This document shows positions 29,225-39,519 of a DNA stretch of 64,000 bases, in pieces. Position 1 is the stretch's first letter. Each line of letters opens with the position of its first letter. The stretch is taken from NCBI GenBank assembly GCA_963700225.1, contig CAVOWU010000011.1, positions 758-64,757 of the forward strand, in the 5' to 3' direction. The notes beneath the pieces were generated by a model, which was not told where the DNA came from, did no database searches, and was given only the letters and a program-made list of their open reading frames with translations. Made by a program: the position numbers and the translations under genes. This DNA comes from an uncultured Acidobacteriota bacterium (GTDB taxonomy: Bacteria > Acidobacteriota > Terriglobia > Terriglobales > Acidobacteriaceae).

Positions 29225-30889
29225 TTGAAATCGAAACTCATATTAGCAGCAGGCATCACCCTCAGTTTGAGCGCATTTGCTCAAACCAATTCCCAAAGCC
29301 AGAACGTCGAACCGATGAGTACGACGCCCACATTTCGGGTTACTGTGATTAGCCGCAGCGTACAGGCCGTCAATTATCAACACCGCAGTGGAAGCTCGAA
29401 GCTGGATTTTGCCGGAACCGACCTGATGCCGTCAGCAAACGGTGTCGCGCAGATCAACAGCAAGCGCGGATCCATCGCGATCGAAGCGGAGTTCGGCGAC
29501 CTGCAAAAGCCCACGGCATTTGGCAATGAGTATCTGACTTATGTTTTGTGGGCGATTTCGCCCGAGGGCCGCGCCGTGAACCTGGGTGAAGTCCTGATCG
29601 GTGGCAATCATCGCAGCAAACTGAATGTGACCACGGATCTGCAGGCCTTCGCATTGATCGTTACCGCCGAGCCTTACTATGCGGTTCGCCAGCCGAGCAA
29701 CGTGGTCGTGCTCGAGAATGTGATCCGTGAAGACACGAAAGGAACCAGCGAGGCGGTCAACGCGAAGTACGAACTGATGGAGCGTGGCGGATACATCCCC
29801 ACCGGCTATAAATTCGACCCCGTCGTTCTGAACGCAAAGCTGCCGCTGGAATTCTTTGAGGCGCGCAATGCGTTGCGCATCGCTCAATCCGAGGGAGCCG
29901 AGCAGTATGCACCGGATAGTTATCAGCACGCCGTTAAGCTGATGGATAGTGCGGATGCCAGCGCCACCAATAAGCACATCGACAAAAAGCCGCTGATCGC
30001 TACCTCGCGTGAGGCAGTGCAGACGGCGGAAGATGCTCGCGCAATCGCAGTCAAGAAAATGGACGAAGTGCGCCTAGCCAATGAACGTCTGGATTCGGCC
30101 GACAAGCAGGCAAGACTGCAAGGGCGAGCCGACGAAGCGTTACTTCGAAAACAGCAAGCTGAGTCGGATACAGCAAGAGCTCAAGCCGCTAAAGTTCAGG
30201 CCGAATCTGACGCAACGAACGCTCAAGCTGCCAATGCTCAGGCTCAGTCCGATGCAGCCAATGCACGCAATGACACCGCGACTGCCCAAGCTGCGACCGC
30301 GAAAGCCCAGTCCGACATGGCAAACAACCAGGCGTCCTCGGCCACTGCACTCTTGGCGGCGCAGGCGGATGCGGACCAATCTCGTGCGGCCGCACAGCAG
30401 GCGAACTTGAATGCGCAACAGGCAGAAACCGATAAAGCGGCCATGCGCGCGAAATTGTCCGAGCAATTGAACTCGATTCTTCAGACTCGCGACAGTGCAC
30501 GTGGATTAATCGTCAGCATGTCGGACGTGCTTTTTGATACCGGCAAATACACGTTGAAGTCGGGTGCTCGCGAGAAGCTGGCAAAGGTCGCCGGTATTCT
30601 CCTTGCTTACCCAGGACTCAACATCGAAGTCGGCGGCTATACGGACAACGTCGGTGGCGATGCCATGAACCAAACGCTGTCGGAGAATCGTGCCGGCTCG
30701 GTCCGCGATTACCTGGTCCAGCAGGGCGTGGCAACGAATTCGGTTTCGGCCAGAGGTTTCGGCAACACACTGCCGGTAACTTCTAACGACACCTCTGCCG
30801 GACGTCAACAGAACCGGAGAGTCGAACTTCTCGTATCCGGCGACGCGATCGGCAGTCCAGTCAACGCGACAACAGGAAGCTTGCGGTAG
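29225..30889 (+). CDS. OmpA-family envelope protein with N-terminal beta-rich domain, DUF4398-like segment and Gln/Ala-rich coiled coil
   Basis: TTG 29225 lies 5 nt after AAGGAG and gives the signal peptide MKSKLILAAGITLSLSAFAQ. An in-frame ATG at 29159 is an alternative start. C-terminal OmpA_C motifs: FDTGKYTL, GYTDNVG, LSENRA, NRRVELLV. Confidence 0.85.
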   Translation: MKSKLILAAGITLSLSAFAQTNSQSQNVEPMSTTPTFRVTVISRSVQAVNYQHRSGSSKLDFAGTDLMPSANGVAQINSKRGSIAIEAEFGDLQKPTAFGNEYLTYVLWAISPEGRAVNLGEVLIGGNHRSKLNVTTDLQAFALIVTAEPYYAVRQPSNVVVLENVIREDTKGTSEAVNAKYELMERGGYIPTGYKFDPVVLNAKLPLEFFEARNALRIAQSEGAEQYAPDSYQHAVKLMDSADASATNKHIDKKPLIATSREAVQTAEDARAIAVKKMDEVRLANERLDSADKQARLQGRADEALLRKQQAESDTARAQAAKVQAESDATNAQAANAQAQSDAANARNDTATAQAATAKAQSDMANNQASSATALLAAQADADQSRAAAQQANLNAQQAETDKAAMRAKLSEQLNSILQTRDSARGLIVSMSDVLFDTGKYTLKSGAREKLAKVAGILLAYPGLNIEVGGYTDNVGGDAMNQTLSENRAGSVRDYLVQQGVATNSVSARGFGNTLPVTSNDTSAGRQQNRRVELLVSGDAIGSPVNATTGSLR

Positions 30890-30931
30890 GGCTCACGTAC
30901 GAAAGCGATTCGATAGATGGAGGCAAACCTT

Positions 30932-31540
30932 ATGAAACTAGTTGGAGCTATCAGTACAGCAGTTCTCACTTTGACCCTCGGAGTTGGCATTCCGGCATAC
31001 GCACAGCAGGAACAACACGAACAACAGGAAGAAAACAAAGAGAAGCCCGCACAGGAAAAAGAAAAGAAGGCGCAACCGGAGAAATCCGCACAGCCAGAGC
31101 AAAAGAACGCCCGCCAGGAAGACAAGAACACCAAGCCGGAAGAGAACAAAGCCCGGCAGGAAGAGAACAAGGCTAAGCCCGAAGAGAACAATGCGCGGCA
31201 AGAGAAAAACAGTAAAGAAGAGAGAAATGCGCAGGAGCAGCATAGCCAGGAAGCGAAGCCTGTAAAACAGGATGTACATACCCAGGGTAACGGCAATGGC
31301 CGCATTCCCGAGGACCGTTACAGGGCTCACTTCGGAGAGCAACACCACTTTCGCGTCACTCAGGCCGACTACAGCAGTCGCCGCTTCCAGTACGGTGGCT
31401 ACTGGTTCGGATTCGAGGGCGTGTGGCCAAGCAACTGGCTTTATACGCAGGATGTTTATGTCATCGAAATTGACGGCATGTACTACCTCTGCAATGCGAA
31501 CTATCCGGGCGTGAACATTATGCTCAGTGTCACGCTTTAG
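30932..31540 (+). CDS. Secreted Lys/Glu/Gln-rich low-complexity protein with conserved-looking aromatic C-terminal domain
   Basis: ATG 30932 follows GGAGG, with signal peptide MKLVGAISTAVLTLTLGVGIPAYAQ. Imperfect (K/N)ARQE(E/D)(N)K..KPEEN repeats are followed by a C-terminal FQYGGYWFGFEGVWPSNWLYTQDVYV. Confidence 0.7.
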   Translation: MKLVGAISTAVLTLTLGVGIPAYAQQEQHEQQEENKEKPAQEKEKKAQPEKSAQPEQKNARQEDKNTKPEENKARQEENKAKPEENNARQEKNSKEERNAQEQHSQEAKPVKQDVHTQGNGNGRIPEDRYRAHFGEQHHFRVTQADYSSRRFQYGGYWFGFEGVWPSNWLYTQDVYVIEIDGMYYLCNANYPGVNIMLSVTL

Positions 31541-31563
31541 TTTCGCATCCACCGTTCATGGTC

Positions 31564-31595
31564 AGCGCGGGCCATTTCAGGCCCGCGCTTTTTCT
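31564..31595 (+). terminator. Rho-independent terminator
   Basis: 10-bp GC-rich stem AGCGCGGGCC / GGCCCGCGCT with loop ATTTCA, followed by TTTTT. Lies 24 nt after the stop at 31540. Confidence 0.7.
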
Positions 31596-31620
31596 GTTAG
31601 AGATTGCTAATGGGGAAAAC

Positions 31621-31794
31621 ATGGCAGACAAGACTTGGACCGTTAAGGACCTGACAGACGCTTTGAAACGCTTTCCATCGGACGCCACGGTTTACTACGA
31701 GATGGGCCCAAACGGCCCCGGAGCGATAAGCAAAGCCCAATATGTGAAGCCTTGGGGCGAATCTCAGGAAATGGCAGTGTTATTGGACCGATAG
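31621..31794 (+). CDS. Hypothetical small protein (57 aa)
   Basis: ATG 31621 within ORF 31558..31794: MADKTWTVKDLTDALKRFPSDATVYYEMGPNGPG... Confidence 0.45.
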   Translation: MADKTWTVKDLTDALKRFPSDATVYYEMGPNGPGAISKAQYVKPWGESQEMAVLLDR

Positions 31795-32018
31795 GGTTCA
31801 GGATTATCGACTGCGTTCACCTAAGAAACTGTTTGTCACTGCGTGCCGGGAATCCACTTTCTGAGCACAGGCAGCTAGTTGGCGCCCAGTTCAGTGCGCA
31901 GGATGCGCCTGAGGGGCTCAAAATATGGTCATTGTGCCCGTTTGTACCTTCAATTCTGCATATGTTGTTCCGTTTTGTGAACTCTTCGCCTTGAATGACT
32001 CGTTTCGACAAGGGAGGC

Positions 32019-35000
32019 TTAATAGATCAGCTTGATCGCTGCCTGCAGCAGGCGAGGAGACGCGGCGCCGACTACCTGGCCAAACGTCGAACTATTCATA
32101 TTGCCGTTCACAGAGGTGGGTCCAAAGAACTGGGCGTGGTTGAACACGTTGAACGCCTCCAGGCGAAATTGCAGAGACGTGGATTCGCTAAACGGTACGG
32201 ACTTCATCAACGCCATATCGTAATTGTCCAGCCCAGGGCCATAGAAGAAGCGGCGACGGGCATTCCCCGGTGTGCCCAACGGCTGGAGGCTGAAAAGCGA
32301 AGTGTTGAAGTAGGACTTTCCGTTGCGCGGATTGGAATTCAGCTCCAAAGGCCCAGCTGTATATTGTGGCTCGTCGACGCCGTAATTGTTGATGCCGTTC
32401 GGCTCGGCTCCCAGCAGGGAATTGTCCCCGTAATTCAGTAGCGTGACCGGAAAACCAGTGCTGAAATGAGTAATTCCGGAGACCGTCCAGCCCTTGCTCC
32501 AGCGTTTGGACGCCCGAACCAGGCGCTCAATCGGAAGTTCGTAGGCGTAGCTCACCACGAAATTGTGGGTCACATCGAATGAGGACAAAGCTCGGCTGAG
32601 AGCGGGATCGATGGGGTTGACCTCCTCGCCTACGTTCGAAGACTGATCGATGGACTTGCTGAAGGTATAGCTGGCGAACAGTTGCAAGCGCTTGCTGGTG
32701 TGGCGGAGGCTGAGTTCGAGTGCGTTGTAGTTGGAGTTGCCGATCGTACTTTGATTGGTATTGCTGCCGAAACTTGGCCCCAGCGGTCCCCGGGTTCCGT
32801 TGACGATTTGGCCGGAAGCTGTCGTGAAGACGTTGCTCTCACCGAAGGGTCCACAAGTTGCCGATCCGGGCGCCACTTCACTCGGCTGGCTCAGACTGAG
32901 GCACAGCGCGGGATCGCCGGGATTGGACTCCACGAGAACCAGTAATCGATGCGACTGATTGCCCACATAGCTTCCGCTCAAGAGAGTATTGTCCCCGATC
33001 TGACGCTCGATGGAGATCATGTATTGCTCGGTGTAAGGGATGCGGTTGGTGACCGGATATCCGGGAATGCCGCTGATGGGAACGTATTGCGACCAGTCGA
33101 TATTGCCATCGGGATGGCTGGCAGACGAGTTCAGTGGCGCAAACGTCACGGGGAAATACTGTCCGAGATTTTCTCCGTTAGATGCGGTGATGAATGGATT
33201 CGAAAACAGCGGCGGTGCAGGGCTACTGTAGGTTGTGCCGTAAGGAGCATTGGCCGCCAGAACTCCCAAAGTGAGGGCTTCGATCGACGTGTAATACATT
33301 CCGAAGCCGGCTCGAAGGCTGGTTTTTCCCGGCCCCCCTAATATCTTCCCGATGAATCCATCGCTGGCTGAATCCGGCGAGTAGACCAGACCAATGCGCG
33401 GCGAAAATTCGTCTCCCGGAGGTGCAAGCGTGCGCCGCACTCCCGGGTCAGTGGGATACAAAATTCCCTCCGGCGCGCCGGGAAAAACTACGGATTGCTT
33501 GCCCGGTTCGGTGGTTGAAATCTGGTTGTACTTTTCATACCAGGGCTCGATGCGGTCCCAGCGCAAACCGTAGTTGAGTGTGACATTGGATCTTACATGC
33601 CAGCTATCCTGGGCAAAGATGCCGGCATATTTATTGCGGCCATAAAAGGGATTCAACTGGCTCTGGTTGAACTGGCTGGGAATTCCGAGCAGGAAGTCGA
33701 CGAAATCAACCCCGGTTTCGCTTCCTGTAAACAGGAAGCTGCCATTGAATTGCGCGATCGGATTTACGTTGACCTGGTCGTAGTGAAATTCTCCGCCAGC
33801 TTTCAGGGTGTGGCGTCCCATCACTTTCGAAAAACTGTCGAACCACTGGAACGTATTGTTCGCTTGCTTCAGTTCGTTCGTGTTTGTTCCAGTCGAAAAA
33901 TTATTAAAGACAAGACTTTCCACGCCCTGGCCTGCCGGATCAAGCGCCACGATGCTCGGCGCTCCGGAGGAAGTGACGAAACCTTGTGACACCAGGCTGA
34001 CGCCCAGTCCGCCTTGCGGTTTGCCGAGGTCGTTGGAGGCGCGCATATAGCTTAAGTGGAGTTCGTTGACCGCGGTCGCGCTCAGAGTCTTCGTAACTCC
34101 CAGGCTCAATAGTTGCGCTCGCCCCTGATACAGCGCGTTGAAGCCCGGCACGCTGGCTCCGCCCTGCGCGACTGGATAAGGATTGTTCAGCGAATAGTCG
34201 TCGAGAAAGTAGTAGCCGGAGACCAATCCCCAACCTGTATTGGCATCGATCCGAAGGGATCCTTTGTCGTCCCGGAGCGCTTGATTGTAGGCGGAAGTCG
34301 CGAACTGATCTCCAGAAGAGTTCGGCGCTGGAATGTACTGCAGCAGGTTTCGGGCAGGCCCGGACCAAGAACTGCTGGGGATTTGCAGCGTAGGTAGAAC
34401 ACAAGCGGTCGTGCTCGACGCAGAATAGTTTGTATTGGTGCAGCCCGAAAAATAGTAAGGCTCGCCGGCGATAACTTGGTAGCCGAGATTCTGCGAGAGC
34501 GTGCTGGCCCACGCAGGGCCGCTGACGGCCGTTCCGGAGAGAGAACCAGCCAGGTCAGAAAGATTCCCATCGCGATCCTGCGCCGAAGGCACGGGGATCA
34601 AACCGGTATCCACTCCCTGGCGCTGGCGCGTGCCCTGGTAGTCGGAGAAGAAAAAGATTTTGTTTCTCTTGATGGGGCCGCCTACCGTTCCACCAAACTG
34701 GTTCTGAATGAATGTGCCGCGCGTCGGAGAGAAGTAATTGCGCGCGTCGAGGTCGGTGTTGCGCAGAAATTCGAAAAGATCACCGTGAAACGCATTGCTG
34801 CCGGACTTGGTGATTACGTTGATCTGGCCGCCACTGAATTCTCCGTACTCGGCGTCGAAGTTGCTGGTGAGAATGCGAAACTCAGCGATGGAGTCGAGGT
34901 TGGGGATAATTGCCGTCCCCATGTTCACATCTTCTTCGGAGTCGCTTCCGTTGACGATGAAGGCATTGGCGAATTCCCGCTGGCCATGGATGGAGATCGT

Positions 35001-35556
35001 GCCGGGATTCAGATCGCCGGAAGGCGAGAGCGCGCTCGCGCCCACATCTTGCACGGTATCGGAGTTGATGGAGGTTGAAGGTGCAACTCCGGGTTGCAGC
35101 GACAGCAAGTCGGTATAGCTTCGGCCGTTCAGGGGCACGGCATTCATCTGCTCGCCGTTAATGACTTCGCCCACCTGGCTGCTGTAGGTTTCCAGATGGA
35201 CGGCGCTTTCGCTCACCGTGACTGCGTCGCTCCGATCTCCCACTTGGAGCACGACATCGAGTAGAAGAGCGCTATTGGTGTCGAGGACGATTCCAGTGCG
35301 GCGGTATGGCCGGAAGCCGGGATGGTTTACTTCCAGAACATAGCCACCGACCGGGATTACCGGAAAGGTGTATGCGCCTCGGACGATCGGCGGTCGTGGA
35401 TTGCCGGACGCCGGTGGTGCTGTTGACCAATGCGATGTAAGCGCCGGTGATCGCGGCCCCGGAGGGGTCTTTCACCGTTCCAGAGATGCTGCCGCCAACG
35501 CCAGCGAAAGCGGCCCCCAACAGGACTAGTGGCAGGCATAGAGCCCGCAATGTCAT
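32019..35556 (-). pseudogene. TonB-dependent receptor (CarboxypepD_reg type) interrupted by one frameshift near 35378-35390
   Basis: ORF 35272..35676 (from M41, ATG 35556) encodes the signal peptide plus ISGTVKDPSGAAITGAYIALVNSTTGVRQSTTAD. The domain continues in another frame as GAYTFPVIPVGGYVLEVNHPGFRPYRRTGIVLDTNSALLLDVVLQVGDRS, which runs into ORF 32019..35252. Confidence 0.85.
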
Positions 35557-35888
35557 CGCGAGAGGTCTTCGCCTGCTCACTGCAGATCGTAACGGCAAGG
35601 CGTATTCGCTTTCCAGATGCGATTCGGTCGCATCTGGAGATTGCTTGATTTCTCGGTCTTGAATGCCTGTCTTCATACAATAAATGGAGTGAGATTAAGG
35701 CTAGTTGCAAACGGGTCGCATCTAGGGTCCGCTTTTGATACTGACGGACGCTGCACCCTGCCGTCAAGTTTCATGCAGAAATTTCGTCGCAGAACTGTTG
35801 CGACAACTTGCAACAATCGAGAACCGGCGAGCGAAAGGTAATTTGAAGGCGAACGGTGTTGCAGCATAATAGGGCTGAGGCAAATGCC

Positions 35889-36785
35889 ATGAAGGGCTCC
35901 AGGACTTCTGCTGCATCCATTTCCATACTGTGGTCTCTCGTTTTCGGTTTGCTTACGCACCCTTCGTTCGCGGAAGTGGCTCCATCCTTGGTGCACGGTT
36001 TGTGGGTCTGGAAGAGCCCGACTGTTTTGGCAGCTCCGCGCGGTGCAGAGACACTGTGGAACTTCTGCAAATCCGAGGGCATCAACGAAGTCTATGTGTC
36101 AATTTCGGCGCGAAGTGAAGCGGCCGAGGAGAACCAATTGGTTCATCTCATTACCCTGCTTCATCGTTCCAACATTCGCGTCGAAGCACTATTGTCAAGC
36201 ACAGACGCCGATGAGCCGGGAAAGCACCGAGAAACCTTGCTGAATCACGTGCGGGAAATCGTGCGATTCAACCAAAGGCATTCCAAGGAGCGATTCGATG
36301 GGGTCCATCTTGATGTCGAGCCTCAGCAGCGGGCGGAGAACAAAGGCCCGGGCAACCTTCGGTTCCTGCCAGGACTCACAGATGCTTTTCGCGAGGTGAG
36401 ATCGCTGGCAGAACCGGCCGGGATGACGGTGAACGCGGACATCCAGAACAAACTTCTCAAGGGCAGTCCCAACGAACGAAAGATGCTTCTTTCTGCGGTA
36501 CCGCGCGTCACATTGATGATGTACGAGCTCAGCAGCCCCTCAGACGGAGAGGGCGTCGAGCAAAAGGCCGAAAAAGTGGGGAAGGCGAGTCAGAGATTTC
36601 TCGATCTCGCCTATGACGGATTGGCCGACCAGAGGTTGGCGAAAATGGCAATCGCGCTGCGGACGCCGGACTATGATGAACTGCTCCCAACTATGCTGAA
36701 GAAACTCGACGATGCGAATCGTTCGAATTCGCATTACCTGGGCTGGGCACGGCACTCTTACAATGACTACCTGAAATCGAAATAG
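35889..36785 (+). CDS. Hypothetical secreted protein, possibly a glycoside-hydrolase-like TIM barrel
   Basis: ATG 35889 with a signal peptide. LWVWKS..., EGINEVYVSI and DGVHLDVEPQ are reminiscent of GHL-type barrels. Weak assignment. Confidence 0.55.
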   Translation: MKGSRTSAASISILWSLVFGLLTHPSFAEVAPSLVHGLWVWKSPTVLAAPRGAETLWNFCKSEGINEVYVSISARSEAAEENQLVHLITLLHRSNIRVEALLSSTDADEPGKHRETLLNHVREIVRFNQRHSKERFDGVHLDVEPQQRAENKGPGNLRFLPGLTDAFREVRSLAEPAGMTVNADIQNKLLKGSPNERKMLLSAVPRVTLMMYELSSPSDGEGVEQKAEKVGKASQRFLDLAYDGLADQRLAKMAIALRTPDYDELLPTMLKKLDDANRSNSHYLGWARHSYNDYLKSK

Positions 36786-36819
36786 AGTCCACGCCTGTTC
36801 CTTTCTTCTACCAACCTCG

Positions 36820-37815
36820 TCATCGGAATTGGTATCCCGGCTTCAGTTCACATCGGAACACTCGCGTGCGATCGGCGTTTTCGCTTGCGTTGCAGTTGGC
36901 CCAGCTGAGGAGAAGCGCGGGTCCGAGAGGGAAGAAGACTCGCTGCTGATCGACATCGGCCTCGATCGTTACGCCCTCGACAGCCGCCGGCAGCGTGAAA
37001 CTCAACTCCCTGCCGAAAATTACAGGAAAAAATTCGTGAGCGGCCGACGTCGGCATGTTGTGCAACACTTCGGCTTCCACCAGGAATGTCGCTGTACTCG
37101 ACCAGTCGCGAGCGGTGACCTCGATGATTTGTCCGCCGCGGGAAGACTGCGTCGATTCGATCCTTGTAAAAGGGCAGGGTCCAGCGATGCAAGAGACGCG
37201 GGCATCCCGAAACTCGTTACCGGCTCCGGCATCCAGGGTGGTCGAACCGATGGTCGCCTTCCACTTTCCATCCGGAGAGCACGGATGCTGATTCCGGCAG
37301 GGGATGTTTCCCTGATTTTCGACCTGGAATGTCTTCACTGCGCTTCCGATGTTCACGTCGGTAGTGGTCTTGACGGAATATCGCACGGTCACGTTGCCCA
37401 CATTGGTTGGCGGCCGGCCATCTGACGCCGCATTCGTGGAACGTGGCACCATGTGGACGACATAAAGCTTGTCCCCGACGAACTCCGGCAGGTCCAAGAG
37501 GAAGTAATCAGGATGCCGGAATTCTAGCGTGATGGGCTGGCCACGCTTCGTTCCTACATGGAGAGGAATCAGGAATAGCCCTGAAGAATCCGACTTGACC
37601 GTTTCTATCTGTAAACTGTCGATGGCGGTAACCTGGACACCGGCGATCGGCCTCTGCTTGCGAACGTCAGAGTCCTTCACCGTGATCGCGCCCTGTAGGA
37701 CAATAATCCTGTGGCTGCGCCAGCGGAAATAGGCCACAGCGCCGACTACTAGCGCGAGGATGACGATTACGGTCAACGCGAATCCGAGTATCCGTTTGAG
37801 GGTCACACTTGTCAC
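36820..37815 (-). CDS. Hypothetical single-pass membrane-anchored protein with Ig/CarboxypepD_reg-like N-terminal module
   Basis: 331 aa with an N-terminal TM (ILGFALTVIVILALVVGAVAYF), then LQGAITVKDSDVRKQRPIAGVQVTAI. Several Cys pairs. No family recognised. Confidence 0.6.
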   Translation of the reverse strand: MTSVTLKRILGFALTVIVILALVVGAVAYFRWRSHRIIVLQGAITVKDSDVRKQRPIAGVQVTAIDSLQIETVKSDSSGLFLIPLHVGTKRGQPITLEFRHPDYFLLDLPEFVGDKLYVVHMVPRSTNAASDGRPPTNVGNVTVRYSVKTTTDVNIGSAVKTFQVENQGNIPCRNQHPCSPDGKWKATIGSTTLDAGAGNEFRDARVSCIAGPCPFTRIESTQSSRGGQIIEVTARDWSSTATFLVEAEVLHNMPTSAAHEFFPVIFGRELSFTLPAAVEGVTIEADVDQQRVFFPLGPALLLSWANCNASENADRTRVFRCELKPGYQFR

Positions 37816-37974
37816 GCGGTTATGTCCGCTGATTTAAATTAATGAATGATGGTAATTTAAGCAACGATTGTTGCAGCGCAGGACGCGGGGCAACGGCATC
37901 CATCATGCCCGAACCCAGCATCTGTTTTGGTTGCTGTCTCGCGCTGGGAGTTTGTCTAGAATCATACGACGCGG

Positions 37975-39327
37975 ATGACAGACGTTTACGCCAATCAATT
38001 GTCGCGCCGGCAACTGATGCGGCAGGCGCTCGGCGCGGGCTTATGCCTGCCGTTCGCCCGGTCGCTATTTTGCCAGACCGGCGCCGCACCCTCGGCCCAG
38101 GATCAAAAAAAAGACGAGAAAGATTTGCCTCCCGGGCAATTCTCCCTCTCTGCCGAGGACGATCAGTTCCTCCACGAATTAGAGGCTGCCAGCTTCCTTT
38201 ATTTCTTGGATCAGCAAAATCCCAAGACCGGGATGGTACAGGATCGCTGTGACTTGCAAGGCGCGGCCCCAGGACTTGTCGCCAGCATTGCCGCCACCGG
38301 TTTTGGCCTGACGGCGCTCTGCATCGGCGAGAAGCGAGGATTCGTTACGCGCACGGCCGCTCTGGAACGTCTATTTACCGCCTTCAATTTCCTTTGGAAG
38401 AAGCTGCCCCAGCATCGGGGATTCTTCTATCACTGGGCGAATGTAAATACGGGCGAGAGAGTTTGGGAATCGGAGATTTCATCGGTCGACACTGCCATTC
38501 TCTTGTGCGGCGTGCTGACCTGCCGTGAACACTTCCGGCATCCCGCTATTACCCAACTGGCCGACTTGATTTTCCAACGTGTGGAATGGACATGGCTCTC
38601 CGAAGACACTTCTCTGCTTTCCCACGGCTGGACTCCCGAGATCGGTTTTCTCCCCTCCCGCTGGGACTACTACAGCGAGTTGATGATGATGTATCTGCTG
38701 GGAATGGGCTCGTCTTCTCATCCTCTTAAGCCGGAAGCGTGGAATGCGTGGAAGCGCCTCACTTTCGAATACGACGGCTTGCGCTACATCGGGTCGTTCG
38801 CCCCGTTGTTCGTACATCAATATTCCCAGGCTTGGTTTGATTTCCGGGGCAAGCGCGATAAATTCGCTGACTATTTTCAGAACTCGGTCGTCGCCACTGA
38901 GGTTCATCGACGGTTTTGCCTCGAACTGGGCAAACAATTTCCGGATTACAGCGACGACCTTTGGGGCATTACCGCCTCGGACGGTCCCAATGGCTACGTA
39001 GTTTGGGGCGGTCCTCCCGCTGTCGGTCCCATCGACGGAACGATCACTCCCAGCGCGACCGGTGGCTCGCTGACGTTCGCTCCTCAGGCGACTCTGCGGG
39101 TTCTGAAGAACATTCGTAAGCGTTACAGTTCCGCCTGGTGCAAGTACGGGTTCGTGAACGCTTTCAACCCCCTCAACGGCTGGTATGACCATGACGTGAT
39201 CGGAATCGACACCGGAATCACCATGCTCATGGCCGAAAATCTGAGGACTGGATTCGTCTGGAACACCTTCATGAAGACTCCTGAAGCCCAGCGCGGCATG
39301 GAGCGCGCCGGTTTCGTCAAATACTGA
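37975..39327 (+). CDS. Tat-exported glucoamylase-family (PF10091 / GH144-like) protein, putative periplasmic beta-1,2-glucanase
   Basis: Twin-arginine signal SRRQLMRQALGAGL. FLYFLDQQNPKTGMVQDR, ASIAATGFGLTALCIG, GFFYHWANVNTGER, SSVDTAILLCGVL and LMMMYLLGMGS are typical of this (alpha/alpha)6 family. Confidence 0.75.
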   Translation: MTDVYANQLSRRQLMRQALGAGLCLPFARSLFCQTGAAPSAQDQKKDEKDLPPGQFSLSAEDDQFLHELEAASFLYFLDQQNPKTGMVQDRCDLQGAAPGLVASIAATGFGLTALCIGEKRGFVTRTAALERLFTAFNFLWKKLPQHRGFFYHWANVNTGERVWESEISSVDTAILLCGVLTCREHFRHPAITQLADLIFQRVEWTWLSEDTSLLSHGWTPEIGFLPSRWDYYSELMMMYLLGMGSSSHPLKPEAWNAWKRLTFEYDGLRYIGSFAPLFVHQYSQAWFDFRGKRDKFADYFQNSVVATEVHRRFCLELGKQFPDYSDDLWGITASDGPNGYVVWGGPPAVGPIDGTITPSATGGSLTFAPQATLRVLKNIRKRYSSAWCKYGFVNAFNPLNGWYDHDVIGIDTGITMLMAENLRTGFVWNTFMKTPEAQRGMERAGFVKY

Positions 39328-39519
39328 CCCGCCCGCGCTCAACGATCGGGATTCTGCCCAACCGTAAGTATCGGTTTTTCATCAAAGAACGCGTTTCAAG
39401 AAGGCGATTTCCGGTGTATATTCGGTGAACTCCAGTCGCTGGAGCTCGACTGCGACCTGCGTCCCCCGTGGAGGAAATCTCGGCAGGATCCAAGAGCTTG
39501 AAACCAAAGGCTTTAACCG

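Noticed and set aside
30938-31552. 204-aa minus-strand Leu/Phe-rich ORF resembling a membrane protein
   Set aside because: It is the complement of the purine-rich KE-repeat gene. The hydrophobic look comes from translating the pyrimidine-rich strand. The plus-strand gene has an RBS, a signal peptide and a terminator.
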